A stretch of 64,000 bases of DNA, taken from Camelus dromedarius. Its lineage: Eukaryota. The notes beneath the pieces were generated by a model that saw nothing but the letters and a program-made list of their open reading frames with translations, was not told where the DNA came from and ran no database searches. This document shows, one piece after another, positions 1-11,647 of this stretch; position 1 is the first letter of the stretch; every line of letters starts with the position of its first letter. The position numbers and the translations under genes are program-made. The stretch lies in contig NC_087437.1 in NCBI RefSeq assembly GCF_036321535.1, positions 45,386,001 through 45,450,000 of the forward strand. The letters are read 5' to 3'.

Positions 1-78
1 GTTAGTCCCAAGCAGCATCTTCTATATCTTTATATTTCCCTGGTCCCTTGTACAAAGTAGTAAGTAGTCTGAAGTAGT
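1..78 (-). other. Candidate spliced exon running off the window edge; possible start codon at 18-16 (M-L-L-G-T-N...)
   Basis: Minus strand reads tctctattttcttctcctgcag|ACTACTTCAG..., a strong polypyrimidine tract plus CAG. In one frame there is TAG AAG ATG CTG CTT GGG ACT AAC (A at -3, in-frame stop just upstream). Another frame reads YFRLLTTLYKGPGKYKDIEDAAWD*. Gene not recognised. Confidence 0.35.
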
Positions 79-357
79 CTGCAGGAGAAGAAAATAGAGA
101 TGCTAGATCACCAGAATTTAAACAAAAATCTGAATATCTGAACTTGAGAAAGTCATTTAAACTCTGGAACTCAAAACAGAATATTAATGTTAGTTTTCCT
201 AGCAAACTTAGCCCATGGTGGTGTTGTGAAGATAAATTAGGTAATATCTATGAACTGATTTATAAACTATTAAAAAAAAGGTATAGTTTATACTGGAATC
301 TCTACATATTCTAATACTGTAGAGAAAAAGAAAAAGAAAAACAAAAACAAAAACCTC

Positions 358-1150
358 TGGCTACAGAGCCAAATAGACATGCATTCTAATTCTGGCTTCT
401 GCCCTGACTAGAGGAGTCCTCTTCCAACCATATCATCATGTATAAAATTGTGACAATTCCTAGGTATATATCCAGAGGGAACCTTAATTCAAAAAGATAC
501 ATGCACCCCCAATGTTCATAGCAGCACTATTTACAATAGCCAAGACATGGAAACAACCTAAATGTCCATTGACAGATGACTGGATAAAGAAGCTGTGGTA
601 TATTTATACAATGGAATACTACTCAGCCATTAAAAGAATAAAATAATGCCATTTGCAGCAACACGGATGGACCTGGAGATTGTCATTCTAAGTGAAGTAA
701 GCCAGAAAGAGAAAGAAAAATACCCTATGATATCACTTATATGTGGAATCTAAAAAAAAGACAAACGAACTTATTTACAAAACAGAAACAGACTCACAGA
801 CATAGAAACAAACTTATGGTTCCCAGGGAGGTGGGAAGGGATAAATTGGGAGTTCAAGATTTGTAGATACTACTAATACATATAAAATATATAAACAACA
901 AGTTCATACTATATAGCACAGGGAACTCGATTCAATATCTTGTAATAACTTATGGTGAAAAATAATATGAAAATGAATATATGATATATGTATGTTCATA
1001 TATGACTGAAGCATTATGCTGTACACCAGAAATTGACACACTGTAAACTGACTATACTTCAATTAAAATATATATATATATTATATATATAAAAAGACAA
1101 AAAATTTGTGATAATAATACATATCTAGCAAGATACTGTGGGGATTAGCA
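358..1150 (+). mobile_element. MIR SINE split by an L1 insertion (MIR parts about 358-453 and 1112-1150)
   Basis: MIR core ...catcatgtataaaattgtga / taataatacatatctagcaagatactgtggggattag resumes after the L1. Confidence 0.6.
454..1100 (+). mobile_element. Young 5'-truncated LINE-1 (ORF2 C-terminus plus 3'UTR), camelid-like
   Basis: Canonical L1 3' sequence (aatgttcatagcagcactatttacaatagccaagacatggaaacaacctaaatgtcc...gaaattgacacactgtaaactgactatacttcaattaaaa), A/TA-rich tail, near-TSD aaaattgtga (444-453) / aaaatttgtga (1101-1111). Confidence 0.95.
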
Positions 1151-4059
1151 TCTCACAGAGTCTGGGAAACTATCAACAAATGGTAGATTTATCATCATTA
1201 TTCAAATATAAAGTGTTATTATACTCATTATTATTATAGGTGCAGATAATTCAAAAAGAGATATGATGTAGAAAACTACAAATACAATCTAAAACACCAC
1301 CAGAAGTTTAATAATGGGTCTTAATGCCACATTTGTTGCTCCTGGAACTGAAATACAGGCAAATAAGATCAATTCAATTAATTCTCAGAAACTGGCCAGC
1401 AACTGATAAAAAGACATCAACTATGATTTTGTATTAGTTTTAGTTTACATAAATGTACCCAAGCTATCTGCCTATAAAACAGAAACACCTGTAGAATTTC
1501 ATAAAGTGTTGACTCTTAGGTCCCATAACAGATACATTGAACCAATTATCAACTACAGTTATGTCAGAGTTGGTAGGAACTCGGAAATTTCTTGCCATTT
1601 CTGAGTCTAAAACTTTCTGAATAGGCTCCCTTTAAAGGCTTAATTAAATCCAAATTTAATGATAAGGTAACACCCATATTTTACCATGAGGACAGTATAA
1701 GAAAATATGTAATATGATTTTGAATACTGTAGAGGTGTAGTAAGGGTTGAATTAGAATAAAAAACTGCTAAAATGACTACATTATTATTATTATTACAAA
1801 TTATTGTAATTTTTACTATTATTGCTATTATTATACAATATATGTGCATATGAGCTCCTCTCCAAGCATCAAAATGAATCTTTTCTTCCCATCTGCTACT
1901 TCAGGGAGTTGCTTCTTAACTTCATCCTACTACCCTGCCCCCACCATCTCCAGCTAAGAATTTAGAACCCAAGGCAATTATTTGTGAAAATTATAAAAAA
2001 ACTTTTATCCAAGTTATTTAATCTCAGAAAAAGAGTAAGTGTGCCACTTGTTTTATCTAAAATAACTGTGGCACTGCCTGGAAAATTAATCTGGGCATGT
2101 CATTCTTGAGAATTTTAAGGAAAGATGTATGTCAAAAATGTAAGGTGACACCAAAGGTTGATACCATGATAGCTAGATCTTTAAACTGACCCTTAAAGCC
2201 TGGAAAGTGATTTACAGATTCATGGTTATTTTGATGTGGCCTAATAGTAAATTCTATCCAATGTCCGTACACAACACGAACACAGAACATTTAAGATACT
2301 CTGAACAATCTTCACTTACTGAAGTAAGATCTTGACTAACGACAAGGGGTAAGAGGATATTGTTGACAATATTAATCAAATGCTAGCTCCTTTTCTGTAT
2401 TTTTATACAGAGTACTCCAAGTTCTGCTTGATACTTTAAAAATAGACAGTGGCCATATGGATTTTAGGTAAAGAAGATCAAATTATTCTCCTCTTTCATC
2501 TTAAGTGGCCCCTTCTACAAAGCCACTCTTCCTGGTTCATGTCTTAGTCCTACACCCTCTAAAATACAGTTATTACTCATGAAAATATTGTTTACTAATG
2601 TATTTTAATAGTTGAAGTTTAATTTATTCATTTTTGAAGTCCACAATTATTATTTTGTTGAAGATCTGCATTTTTAGTAATTTCCTTTCTTCAACTTAAA
2701 CTTGGAATCCTATTAACGCAAGGAGATAGGCAATTTCTGTTGAAAGGACAAAAGTCACATCAAGCAACTCACTCATTTCACAACATGACCATGAACATTT
2801 GTGTAATATAAAACTTTCCAGCTCCCTGTCTCAAAGAGGCACTTTGAAAAGGAACTAATAAATTATTTTAAAGAGTTTTTAACGTAATGTGCTACACATA
2901 TGCTTCATAAAAATGAACCAAAAAATGCTGGAATTCCTTCAAGTTAAAATGATATAATACACAATCCACAATGTACACAACTAAACTTTTCTACTTAATA
3001 AAGATAATGGGTACTCAGGAAGGTTTTTTAAAATATGCAAGAAAATCTATCTTTTTTATGACTTTTCTCATTATGAACAGGATAGGTAAATAAAGCTTCG
3101 TTGATAATTCTGTACTTTAATCTCAAAAACAGAGAAAGAAAAGGAATGAGAAAAACAAATATCACTTTGACCACTTTTAATCTTCCCCAATTTCATGTTC
3201 TCATGTCCATGATAATTCTTAAACTAAGGGATCGTAGTGAATGGACATCTCCTACCATTCCAAAAAACAGTGCCTTGAGACAGCAGTCTGTCTCCACATT
3301 CAGATAAGGTGGCATTCAGGCTTTCTGGGTCCCATTATAATTCTGGATCCAACAGCTGTATCCAGAGCTTTCAGAAATTCCTAAATTTCCCCTCTGGAAT
3401 TTTCCATTAGCCAGCCAGCCTCTTTACTTGAGTTAGTGGTAGAAATAACTTGAGAAATGCATCTGTGTTTTAGTTCTATGATGTGTGGAAGAAAAACACA
3501 AGAAGAAAAATTCTTGAGTCATCTTCTGTCCTTAGAGCACATCTTCAGTTAGCTTTGAGGTTCTGTCAGTCCCCTGAAATTGCTCTCAAATTCGTTCCTT
3601 TTATTTACTTTCCAATCTATTTTGACCTGGATTTGCAAAAATTAAACTGTAAATCTTCCTGTCTCTCCTTCCTTCAAGCTACCTTGCACACTACCCCAGG
3701 AATTATCAGCCTGATGCCCTGGTCCATGAACGGCAGAGGACAAGGGGTGGCACATGGGCTATCATTCTCTCCCAAACAGAAGGACAAACTTAGAGGATCA
3801 CCCTTGGAAACAGAAGGAAACAGAAAATCAAAAGATAACAGATGGCCATTTTTATCATAACTCACCCTAGGAGATGTTTCTTTAAATATTTTGCGATTAA
3901 ACCAGATTGCCTCCCAATTATCCATCGAAAGCACAAGGTACATTCTCAGAATGAAGTAACCAGAAGAGAGTGATTTAAGTAAGCCAAACAAAAAAAGCAA
4001 CCAACTCTGTTACTTCCGTTCTATTATAATCTGACTGAAGACAGATTTATATTTTTAGC

Positions 4060-5095
4060 CCATAGCTCTTTTCTCAGCCTCAGACCTACATATCCATCTG
4101 CCAACTTGACATCTATACTTGGACATCTTTCCAGCATCCCAAATTCAACGCGGACAAATACTAACTTGTGAAAATCCCCCTTCAAACATTCTCCAAAGAT
4201 TGACATGTCTACATTTTAGTATATGCTCCCTCTCTCCTCCCACCTGAATTATCTGGGATGATTGCATCTCCTCTTTGCCCCTCATCCAAGTCTTCCTGAT
4301 TCTATTCCCACAAAATCTCCAGATCTAAACCACTTTCCTGCAGCATGACTGCCACAATCCCAGGCCAACACACCGCCTTTTCTAAACTGAACTCTGTCAA
4401 CCACCTCATTACTACCTCTCTATCTCCATTCTTGCCCTTCTGGTCCACTCTCCACAGAGCAGACGAGTGAAAATTTTAAAGCATAAATCCTATCTCTGAC
4501 CTGCTCAAACCAATTCTCAGTGAACTGAGAACAAAATCAAAGTTCTTAGAGCACTTTCCAACCTCCTGCTTCATCTGGCTGCTCTGTTTCTCTCCAGACT
4601 CAGGTCAGGTCTGGGTTTTCAGATAAACAGTATTTCTCAGACTCAAAAATTATCCACTGTGTATACGAAATGTGACTCTAACTGGGTGCCCTACATTTTA
4701 TCTCACAATCTCAGTTGTGCCATTCTCTGATTGCTCAGGACATGTCAGCAACAGTAATCTTCCAAAATTTTCCTTCTGAGCTGTAATGCCTACTGTTCCT
4801 ATCAACAGAACAGTTCCGTTGTCCAGCCTTCACCCGACAAACTATTACTCTTCTTCCCAGATTTACCTTAAACGCCACATTGTAAGAGAGTCATCTAACA
4901 CACCAGTCTAAGTGAGGTTACATAATTAAATTCTCATAACACCTTATATGTTTTTTTCTTCTTGCTCCTATCATAGTCCGTATAATTATTTATGTGAATA
5001 TGAATATGTCAATATGTGTTTGATTTACCGTCATGTCCCCCATGCTGGCAGAAAATCATGGACAGAGCAGAGCCTCAATATGTATTCTTGAAAAG
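4060..5095 (+). mobile_element. LINE-2 3' region
   Basis: cagacctacatatccatctgccaacttgacatctatacttggacatc...aaattcaac matches L2 consensus; pyrimidine-rich L2 body. Confidence 0.8.
4611..4713. mobile_element. Internally deleted MER53-like hAT MITE nested in L2
   Basis: gggttttcagataaacag...aaaaattat...taactgggtgccctacattttatctcacaatct resembles MER53 ends. Confidence 0.5.
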
Positions 5096-5100
5096 CAGAA

Positions 5101-5144
5101 AGGGAGGGAGGGAGGGAGGGAAGGAGGAGGGAAGGATGGAAGGA
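5101..5144 (+). repeat. (GGGA)n/(GGAA)n purine repeat at the L2 tail; G-quadruplex-capable
   Basis: agggagggagggagggaggg has five G3 runs with 1-nt loops. Confidence 0.85.
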
Positions 5145-5611
5145 ATTTTCATCTAAAGCAACCCCTTTATTTGACATCCACAATGTCTATGCAAACTTCT
5201 GTTCTGTAGTTCAGTTTCTTGAAAGCATTCACCCTCTTGGACCAATGCAACTGACCTTAACCATAAAATATTGTTCAGTCATTCTTAACAAATCTATTGA
5301 TCATGAGAAATGAAGATATTGGCACACTGGCTTAGAATTCAGTTTTTATGATTAAATTCCATGGGATGTGGTCATTTTATTACAGGGTCTGAACTACTTC
5401 CTGGTCCCTTACACTTCCCCTCTTCACTTGATTTCCAAATGCAGGTTCTGCCTGGTCTATAGTTCTCTGATTCTAACCCAACACAAAATAAATATAATCA
5501 GTTATAGCACCAGATACAAGGACCAACTTTTATTCACCATTCACTTCAATGGCTAGTTTGACAGTAATCTGATAAATGATCTTCAGTTTCATTAGAGTTG
5601 TGTTGATCGGA

Positions 5612-5772
5612 CAGCAGAAAGTCTATGTGTTTTGGAATCGGAAACTTGTACCTCTAGTCACAGCAGCTCAGTGAACTTGGAAGAGATTCTGCAACCCTCT
5701 GAATGCCAATCTTCTCACCTTTACAGTAAGCATAAACTATTTACTTAATGGTACTATTATGTTAATTACACG
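5612..5772 (+). mobile_element. MIR SINE
   Basis: gtgaacttggaagag...aaccctctgaatgccaatcttctcacctttacagtaag, a degenerate MIR core. Confidence 0.6.
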
Positions 5773-6499
5773 AGGTTGCTTTCCTCTGCTTAAGACCATT
5801 GATCTAAAAATCCCAAGTCCAGGGCTCTATATGATCTTGATACAGCTGAACTCACCAGCCTCATTCAATGCTGTCCTCCCCTTACTGTGTCAAGAATGTA
5901 AATTCCAATACTTGCAGTGGCCAAGTATTGGAATTGCAAGGAATGCAAAGAATGAATCTGATGGGATGTAATGGAAAACAGGAAGTGGTGGCAATGCTGA
6001 GGGAGTGGATAACACAGGTCCTACAGAAAGACCCCAGCCTCCACGGCCCAGGCAGTTGTTGCCATGTGAGAACGTAAACCCAGTATTTTGAGATGATCCA
6101 GTTTTTTTTAACAGAGGCACGAAGTTGGAATTTTTAGATGACAACTTTTAATTTCAAAATGTTAGTTACTGGTTGAAATAATTTTAGAACTTGGCAAAAT
6201 TACCAATCAAGTGTCATGGCTGGTAAAGGCATGACTTGATGTGCCTTCTCTTCTGCACTCACATGGCAAGAACAGAGATAACTCGGATATAAAAAGGGGG
6301 GAAAGATACAAATAGGATAAAGAAAAAATAAACAGTATCATCTCTGAGGAACATAAATGGAACACAAGAAAACAAGATGGCAAAACGTGTTTCTTCATGT
6401 ACGAAGTCTACCTTTAACTTACTCTACACAGTTCATTCTGTAGGTCCCAATGTAAAAACACATGTTCAGAGAAGCAGCTAAGTTTATATACCCATCCCA

Positions 6500-7030
6500 G
6501 CCACTGATTCTCCGCCACTTGGCCCCAGGACTCCGTCACTGCGAAGAAGCTAACGCAAACATTCCTTCGCAGTGTTTAAGGGCTCAGAGCACAGAGGCAG
6601 GCCTGTCATGATGGGAGCATCCCATGTTCCCCCACCCAATCTTGGGAGGCAGAGGGTGTGGGGCTAACTTCAGTGGAGTCAACAACAAACCCACCTTCCT
6701 GAGCACTGTGAAAAGTCAATCAGGATCCTGAGGAAATTTGGTTATGTTGCTATTCCTTCGCTTTCTTGTTTATTTTATATCCACGTTCAGAAATAGATTG
6801 ACTGCCTAAACTTCAGGGCTTCCTTTCAGAAAGGAAGTATTGAGGCTGTTAGAAAACAAATCTCATGCTGACTCACTAGCTCGAGCACAGAGCTGGCTGC
6901 AGCCAAGGACCCGTCCGTCCAAACTGCCAGCCTGTGGTGAACTCCTCGGACAGCTCTGTCGTAGACACACCCTGGCGCTTTCTCCAGAGTCATGTCTCCT
7001 TCATGTTTGTATATTTTAAGCAAATGAAAC
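6500..7030 (-). promoter_or_regulatory. Candidate promoter/enhancer with a possible non-coding first exon (donor at 6877|6876)
   Basis: Local CpG/GC enrichment. TGCTGACTCA (MARE/NFE2/AP-1) at 6866-6875 overlaps minus-strand donor CTA|GTGAGT. CATTCC TEAD-like motif at about 6560. RE1-like GTGAACTCCTCGGACAGCTCT at 6937-6957. AT-rich TATA-like TTAAAATATA (minus) at about 7010-7019. Confidence 0.35.
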
Positions 7031-7599
7031 AACCAGTATATTGGAATAAGTGTTTTTCTTTTTTAAAAGGAAAACTAGGTAAGATAAATTGTTCATGGTG
7101 AAAATGGTAGAAAGCAAAAAGCTTCAACTGACTCCAAGTGGCATCTCTCAGACACAGTCAGTCAGAGTCTTCAATAGCTCAAGGGACTTGGAGTCAATAA
7201 ATTTAACAAGCTGCAACCAGAGTCCAAGTTTCAGGGCAGTATGTAAATGAAAGTTCAGGAAGCTGACTTCTCAACCCTAGGACAGAGTTAATAGAGGGGA
7301 AACGAAAAAATGTGTAAGGAGGATTTGACAGAGAAAGCTTCTCACTGTTTTTTGTTTCTTTCCTATTTCACTTAAGGGCAAATAACTACAGAATCCTCGT
7401 TTTTTAGAGATAAACCAAGCTGGAAGTGTTAAAAAAAATCTTTATATATGAAAACGATATTTCTGTGGACAAGAGTTTGAACATTTCACAATACAGATAA
7501 AGATTTTTAGAAAAGTGTGATTCTAGATGTGGAAACACTAACTACAATGAAATTTATAATGTAGACTAACCATTTAGCTTACAGATTAATATAAGTTAC

Positions 7600-8056
7600 G
7601 TGAACAGTGAAGTCCCCAGATAGCACCAGCAACGTCTATTCATCACACGAAGCCAAGTTTGTGAGACTTACTGCAGAAAAGAGAGACCGTCACTTTGACA
7701 ATGTCGGTGGTGTCTCAAATGAGGAAATTAGAGGGGATGTCCACTGGGCTTGGACCAGGAGATCTTAAGGCAAATCTTGCGAGGCAGAGAATAGTTGAGA
7801 TTGGGGGAAGTTTATAATACAAGGGCATTGGATTATAGGGTACAGCAAAGCTAAGGTCTTGAAACAAGGCTCAATGATCAAACTGCTTTTTACATTGGTT
7901 CACAATCTTATCGTCCAGGAGAAAGTACTCCCTGGAGCAAGTGTCTAAGTTATTTTTCCCTAGCCCCAGTATTATTTTGCACAGATGATGGAAAATATGT
8001 TTGGTCCCAGAATTTTTTAGCACAAAGACACAAAATTATATTGGCTGCAGTTTTCA
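7600..8056 (-). mobile_element. Solo ERV1 LTR, MER110/MER90-like
   Basis: Reverse complement starts TGAAAACTG. It shares ...tttgagacacc...ctgcagtaagtc...aaacttggct...ggggactt blocks with the LTRs at 11.3 and 13.7 kb. Confidence 0.65.
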
Positions 8057-8638
8057 CTCCCTGAAATGTGTCTGCTTCATTTCTATAAAATTCCTGTAGT
8101 AGGAATCAGACTACGGTAACCAAAGGTGTCTCTAACTTTTCCACCACCTTGATTAAACGCCTCAGACACCCCTAGAAAGCAGCCCCACTCCTCATCTGGC
8201 GTTCTTCTTGCTGTGCCTTCAGGCATCTTATTCCATACCTAGTCAACCAAGTAGAGTACTAAGAAAGAAAACTACTTGATTGAAGTAAGGAATTTCTGTA
8301 TTACAAATTATATGAAGGTCAGATATATCTTATGGTTAGAATCTGACTCCACCCAGTTTAGCAGAGTAACGTGGTTTCTTTGTTGAGAATTGAAATTCGC
8401 AACCGAATGGAAACTTGGACAGTCCCTAACTCATACTCTTTTATCTCAAATGTGAGGAAAGAAGTAGGAGGAAACACTGACTTCTGTCTAAAGTCGTGTG
8501 ACTGCCCAGATTCTTTTAGATGCCATATTTTAGGAGGCATCTAAAAGCTCTCTCGAATCTGAAAGTTCATTTCCCATGCTCTCACTCTGCCTCAGTGTTT
8601 CTTTCTCTTCCAAACACCCATGTCTCTGAAGAAAGAAC

Positions 8639-9287
8639 TGAGACAGGAGGGAAGGGGGCAGGAGATAGCCATTCAAAGAATAACACAGCAATTAACACCA
8701 GAATGGCAAAAGATTCAACCCCCAGGAGGCCTTGAGGCTCAAGATGGTGGGAGATTTGACTTCTAGTAGAGCTTGAGCCTCATTATACCCCACTGTAATG
8801 TATTAGCGTGGTGAGTAACACGCCCACAGGCGCCATGGCAGTCCCAAGGCCAGCCACCAAAGGTCAAAGAGTGGGAAATGGCCAACTTCCTGGGAATCCC
8901 AGCCCCTTCCCCAGACTAGTTAGACTGGTCCTTCCTTTATATTAACATATAAAGCTACCGAGCCCAGGAAAACTGGCAACATCATGCCTCATGGTCCCCT
9001 CTCTCCACACCCTCATCTTCGGAGATGGCCCCCATTCTGTCTATGCAGTGTGTACCTACTTTTACTTTAACCTGAGCACCCAACCCCCACACCTCATGGT
9101 CTTTCTCTTGCCTTTTAAAACAGTCTACATTCTACGTAGTATGTATTTCTCTAAATAAATCTACTTTTACTCAACTGTGGCTCGCTCTTGAATTCTTCCC
9201 TGCATGAAGCGAAGGACCCACACTTGGCGGGTCGCATCCCAGGGGCTCAACAGCCATCCTCTCGCCCCACATCCATTTTTCCTGTAT
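8639..9287 (+). mobile_element. Solo ERV LTR, younger and lineage-specific (ERV1-like)
   Basis: Starts TGAGACAGGAGGGAAGGGGGC. TATA-like catataaag at about 8946, AATAAA at 9154-9159, then U5-like ctcgctcttgaattcttccctgcatgaagcgaaggaccc. GC-richer than flanks. Confidence 0.8.
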
Positions 9288-9643
9288 GTCTCTACTTGCT
9301 AGCTTTATACCCCAACAGAATTATTCTTTCCAGCAACCTCTGATAGCATCAGATTTCACACCCTTTTCCCCTGGGTCCTATCCCTCAAAATCTCATGAAT
9401 GAACCTCTACCCAGGCATCCCTCCAAGGGAAGCATCTTCCACTCTTAATTGGAAATGATTAAGCCCCTGCTTAAGCTATTGGCTCACCCTTAGGATTCAG
9501 ATATATCACAGCATGGCTAAGCACAGGCAGGATGCCGTGCCTGGCGTCTACCTGCTTGAGGGGCTGAAGATAATTCTGGAGAACACCACATCCTGAAAAT
9601 AAAAGTGAAGCATCGTGTATGGCCCAACAACAAGACTGTAGTT

Positions 9644-9654
9644 AAGAAAGAAAG

Positions 9655-9689
<35 letters not shown>

Positions 9690-9803
9690 AGAAGAAAGAA
9701 AGGAAGAAAGAAAGAAAGGAAGAAAGAAAGGAAGAAAGGAAGGAAGGAAGGAAGGAGGGAAGGAAGGAAGGAGGGAAGAAAGAAAGAAAGGAAAAGAAAG
9801 GAA

Positions 9804-9895
<92 letters not shown>

Positions 9896-9900
9896 GAAAA
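9644..9900 (+). repeat. Compound (GAAA)n/(GGAA)n/(GA)n microsatellite, pure purine
   Basis: 257 bp containing only A and G. It explains the spurious KERK and FFLS ORFs. Confidence 0.98.
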
Positions 9901-10567
9901 CTATGATCACATTTAGATTTGTTCCAGCCAAGATCACCATAGACACATTTGAAATCTAGGGAGAATAAAAGCTAAAATAACTGTTTTTAAGTCCTAAATA
10001 CCTAAGTAACCATGAGGCTAAGAGGAACATACAGGCAGGGTGATGAAAGATCTTTGCACATCAGTACTGCAACTTGTAAGTGGCGCTGACAAGAAGAAGA
10101 TACAGTGCTGATGGCTTTGGGAGAGGACCTGGCACACACTACCGGCGCCAGCACTCACGTTGGGCATCGACAGTAGAGACAACAGGAAACCTCATAAGCA
10201 TGCGTCACCAATAGGATCTTTAAGAGCTGAGGATGACACAGCATAATAACCAGGAGAACTTGGCTCACACACACACATAAAGCTTATGGAGTCAGACCTT
10301 AGGAGCCCTGGAGACTCCACAAGGAGCAAGTTAGACCACACCTAGAAAAGGGCTATTGGTTACTTTTCCCTGGGGCTCTGCGCCTGGGAAAAAATAAGTT
10401 ACAGTCTGACTTCTTTCTCTTTGTTCTAACTCAAATCCAAATCAATGTTTTTAAACTTTACAACTCATTTATTCAGCAATTTCTTTGTCCTGTTTTCTGT
10501 TTTCATTCCATTTTATCCGATCAATCACAAAGTTAACATTTACAGAATTAATGTTTAAAATATATTT

Positions 10568-10687
10568 AAACTGAACTATTATGCTATACATTAGAAATTG
10601 ACACAACATTGTAAACTGACTATACTTCAATTTTATCTATATCTATATCTATATCTATATCTATATCTATATCTATATCTATATCTA
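10568..10687 (+). mobile_element. Very short L1 3' end with a (TATATC)n tail (10634-10687)
   Basis: agaaattgacacaacattgtaaactgactatacttcaa is nearly identical to the L1 terminus at about 1030-1062. Confidence 0.85.
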
Positions 10688-10840
10688 AAATACCTCTGGG
10701 CTGATACAAAGAAACCAAAGAGGACATGTAATTATGATACGTGTTAATTATGTGGACTTTTCATTCACTAAATAATCTATCATTTGTTAATGTGCTCTGC
10801 TTCTCCTAAAATACCTGCTCAATTTCACAGATATTTAGTG

Positions 10841-11291
10841 TGTAATAGAATTCATATTTTATGGTAAGACAAGAAAAATTCAAACAGAAAAAAATTCTTC
10901 TCTGCCCTTTGGTCTCCTTTCTCCCTCCACTGTACGTTGTGTATCTGCGTTACGCTTCGACCAAAACTTCCATCGGCAGAAATACCTGCTCAACCATAAA
11001 AAACAGCATTCTCCTGGCATCAACAAGATAATTCCTTGAAAGATAGCATTCCTTCTTGATCTTGTAAGGGGTCAAGATGATGCTTAGGCTAGGATTATGT
11101 AAACTGTCAATAATACATCTTTAAAATGCAGCCCTCTGTCTCAAAACTCATATAACTCTGCCTTGACTTCTAACAGATGGAATAGTTCTGAGAGCTTTCT
11201 GAAGGGCTTTTCCCAGGTTATAATCCTCAATTTGGCTGGAATTAAATTTCCCATTTCTCTCTTAGATTGACTGATCAATTTTTTGTCGACA
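10841..11291 (+). mobile_element. Solo ERV1 LTR (MER34/MER4-group-like) with 4-bp TSD
   Basis: TG...CA termini (tgtaatag...ttgtcgaca), perfect TSD agtg at 10837-10840 and 11292-11295, TATA-like catataac, and ATTAAA near the 3' end. Confidence 0.85.
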
Positions 11292-11293
11292 AG

Positions 11294-11647
11294 TGTAGAA
11301 CTCGGTTCTATACTCAAATGCCTGTTTCGACAAATTTGTGGGAAAAATACACAGAAGTTTCTTTAACAAGATGACTCAGGACCCTCATCTTACTCTGTGT
11401 ACCAATCCTAAATTATTTATTATGTCACAAACTCCGTCCACCCTCCATCAATTCTCTTCCTTGGAAAGCCCATCTCAAACTCCTTGAGCATAGACCCTAA
11501 AGGTGTACACATATTCTTCCTTGATGTCTCCCCTCTGAGAAACTAAGACTGCTGAGGTAGTATTCTTGCTCACTGCAGTACATCTAAGAAATTTAGCATG
11601 TAAACGTAACACTTAAACGTACTCACTTAAGGAGTCAGCAGTAACCA
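11294..11647 (+). mobile_element. 5' LTR of decayed provirus (MER110-like)
   Basis: Collinear but diverged similarity to 13674-14229 (e.g. ends ggagtcagcagtaacca vs ggagttggcaatcaaca). Confidence 0.6.

Noticed and set aside
3483..4000. Overlapping 125-aa and 108-aa ORFs
   Set aside because: No recognisable domain, non-ATG starts and no clear splice context; lengths expected by chance.
9548..9946. 132-aa and 103-aa ORFs (FFLS / KERK repeats)
   Set aside because: Translations of the (GAAA)n microsatellite.
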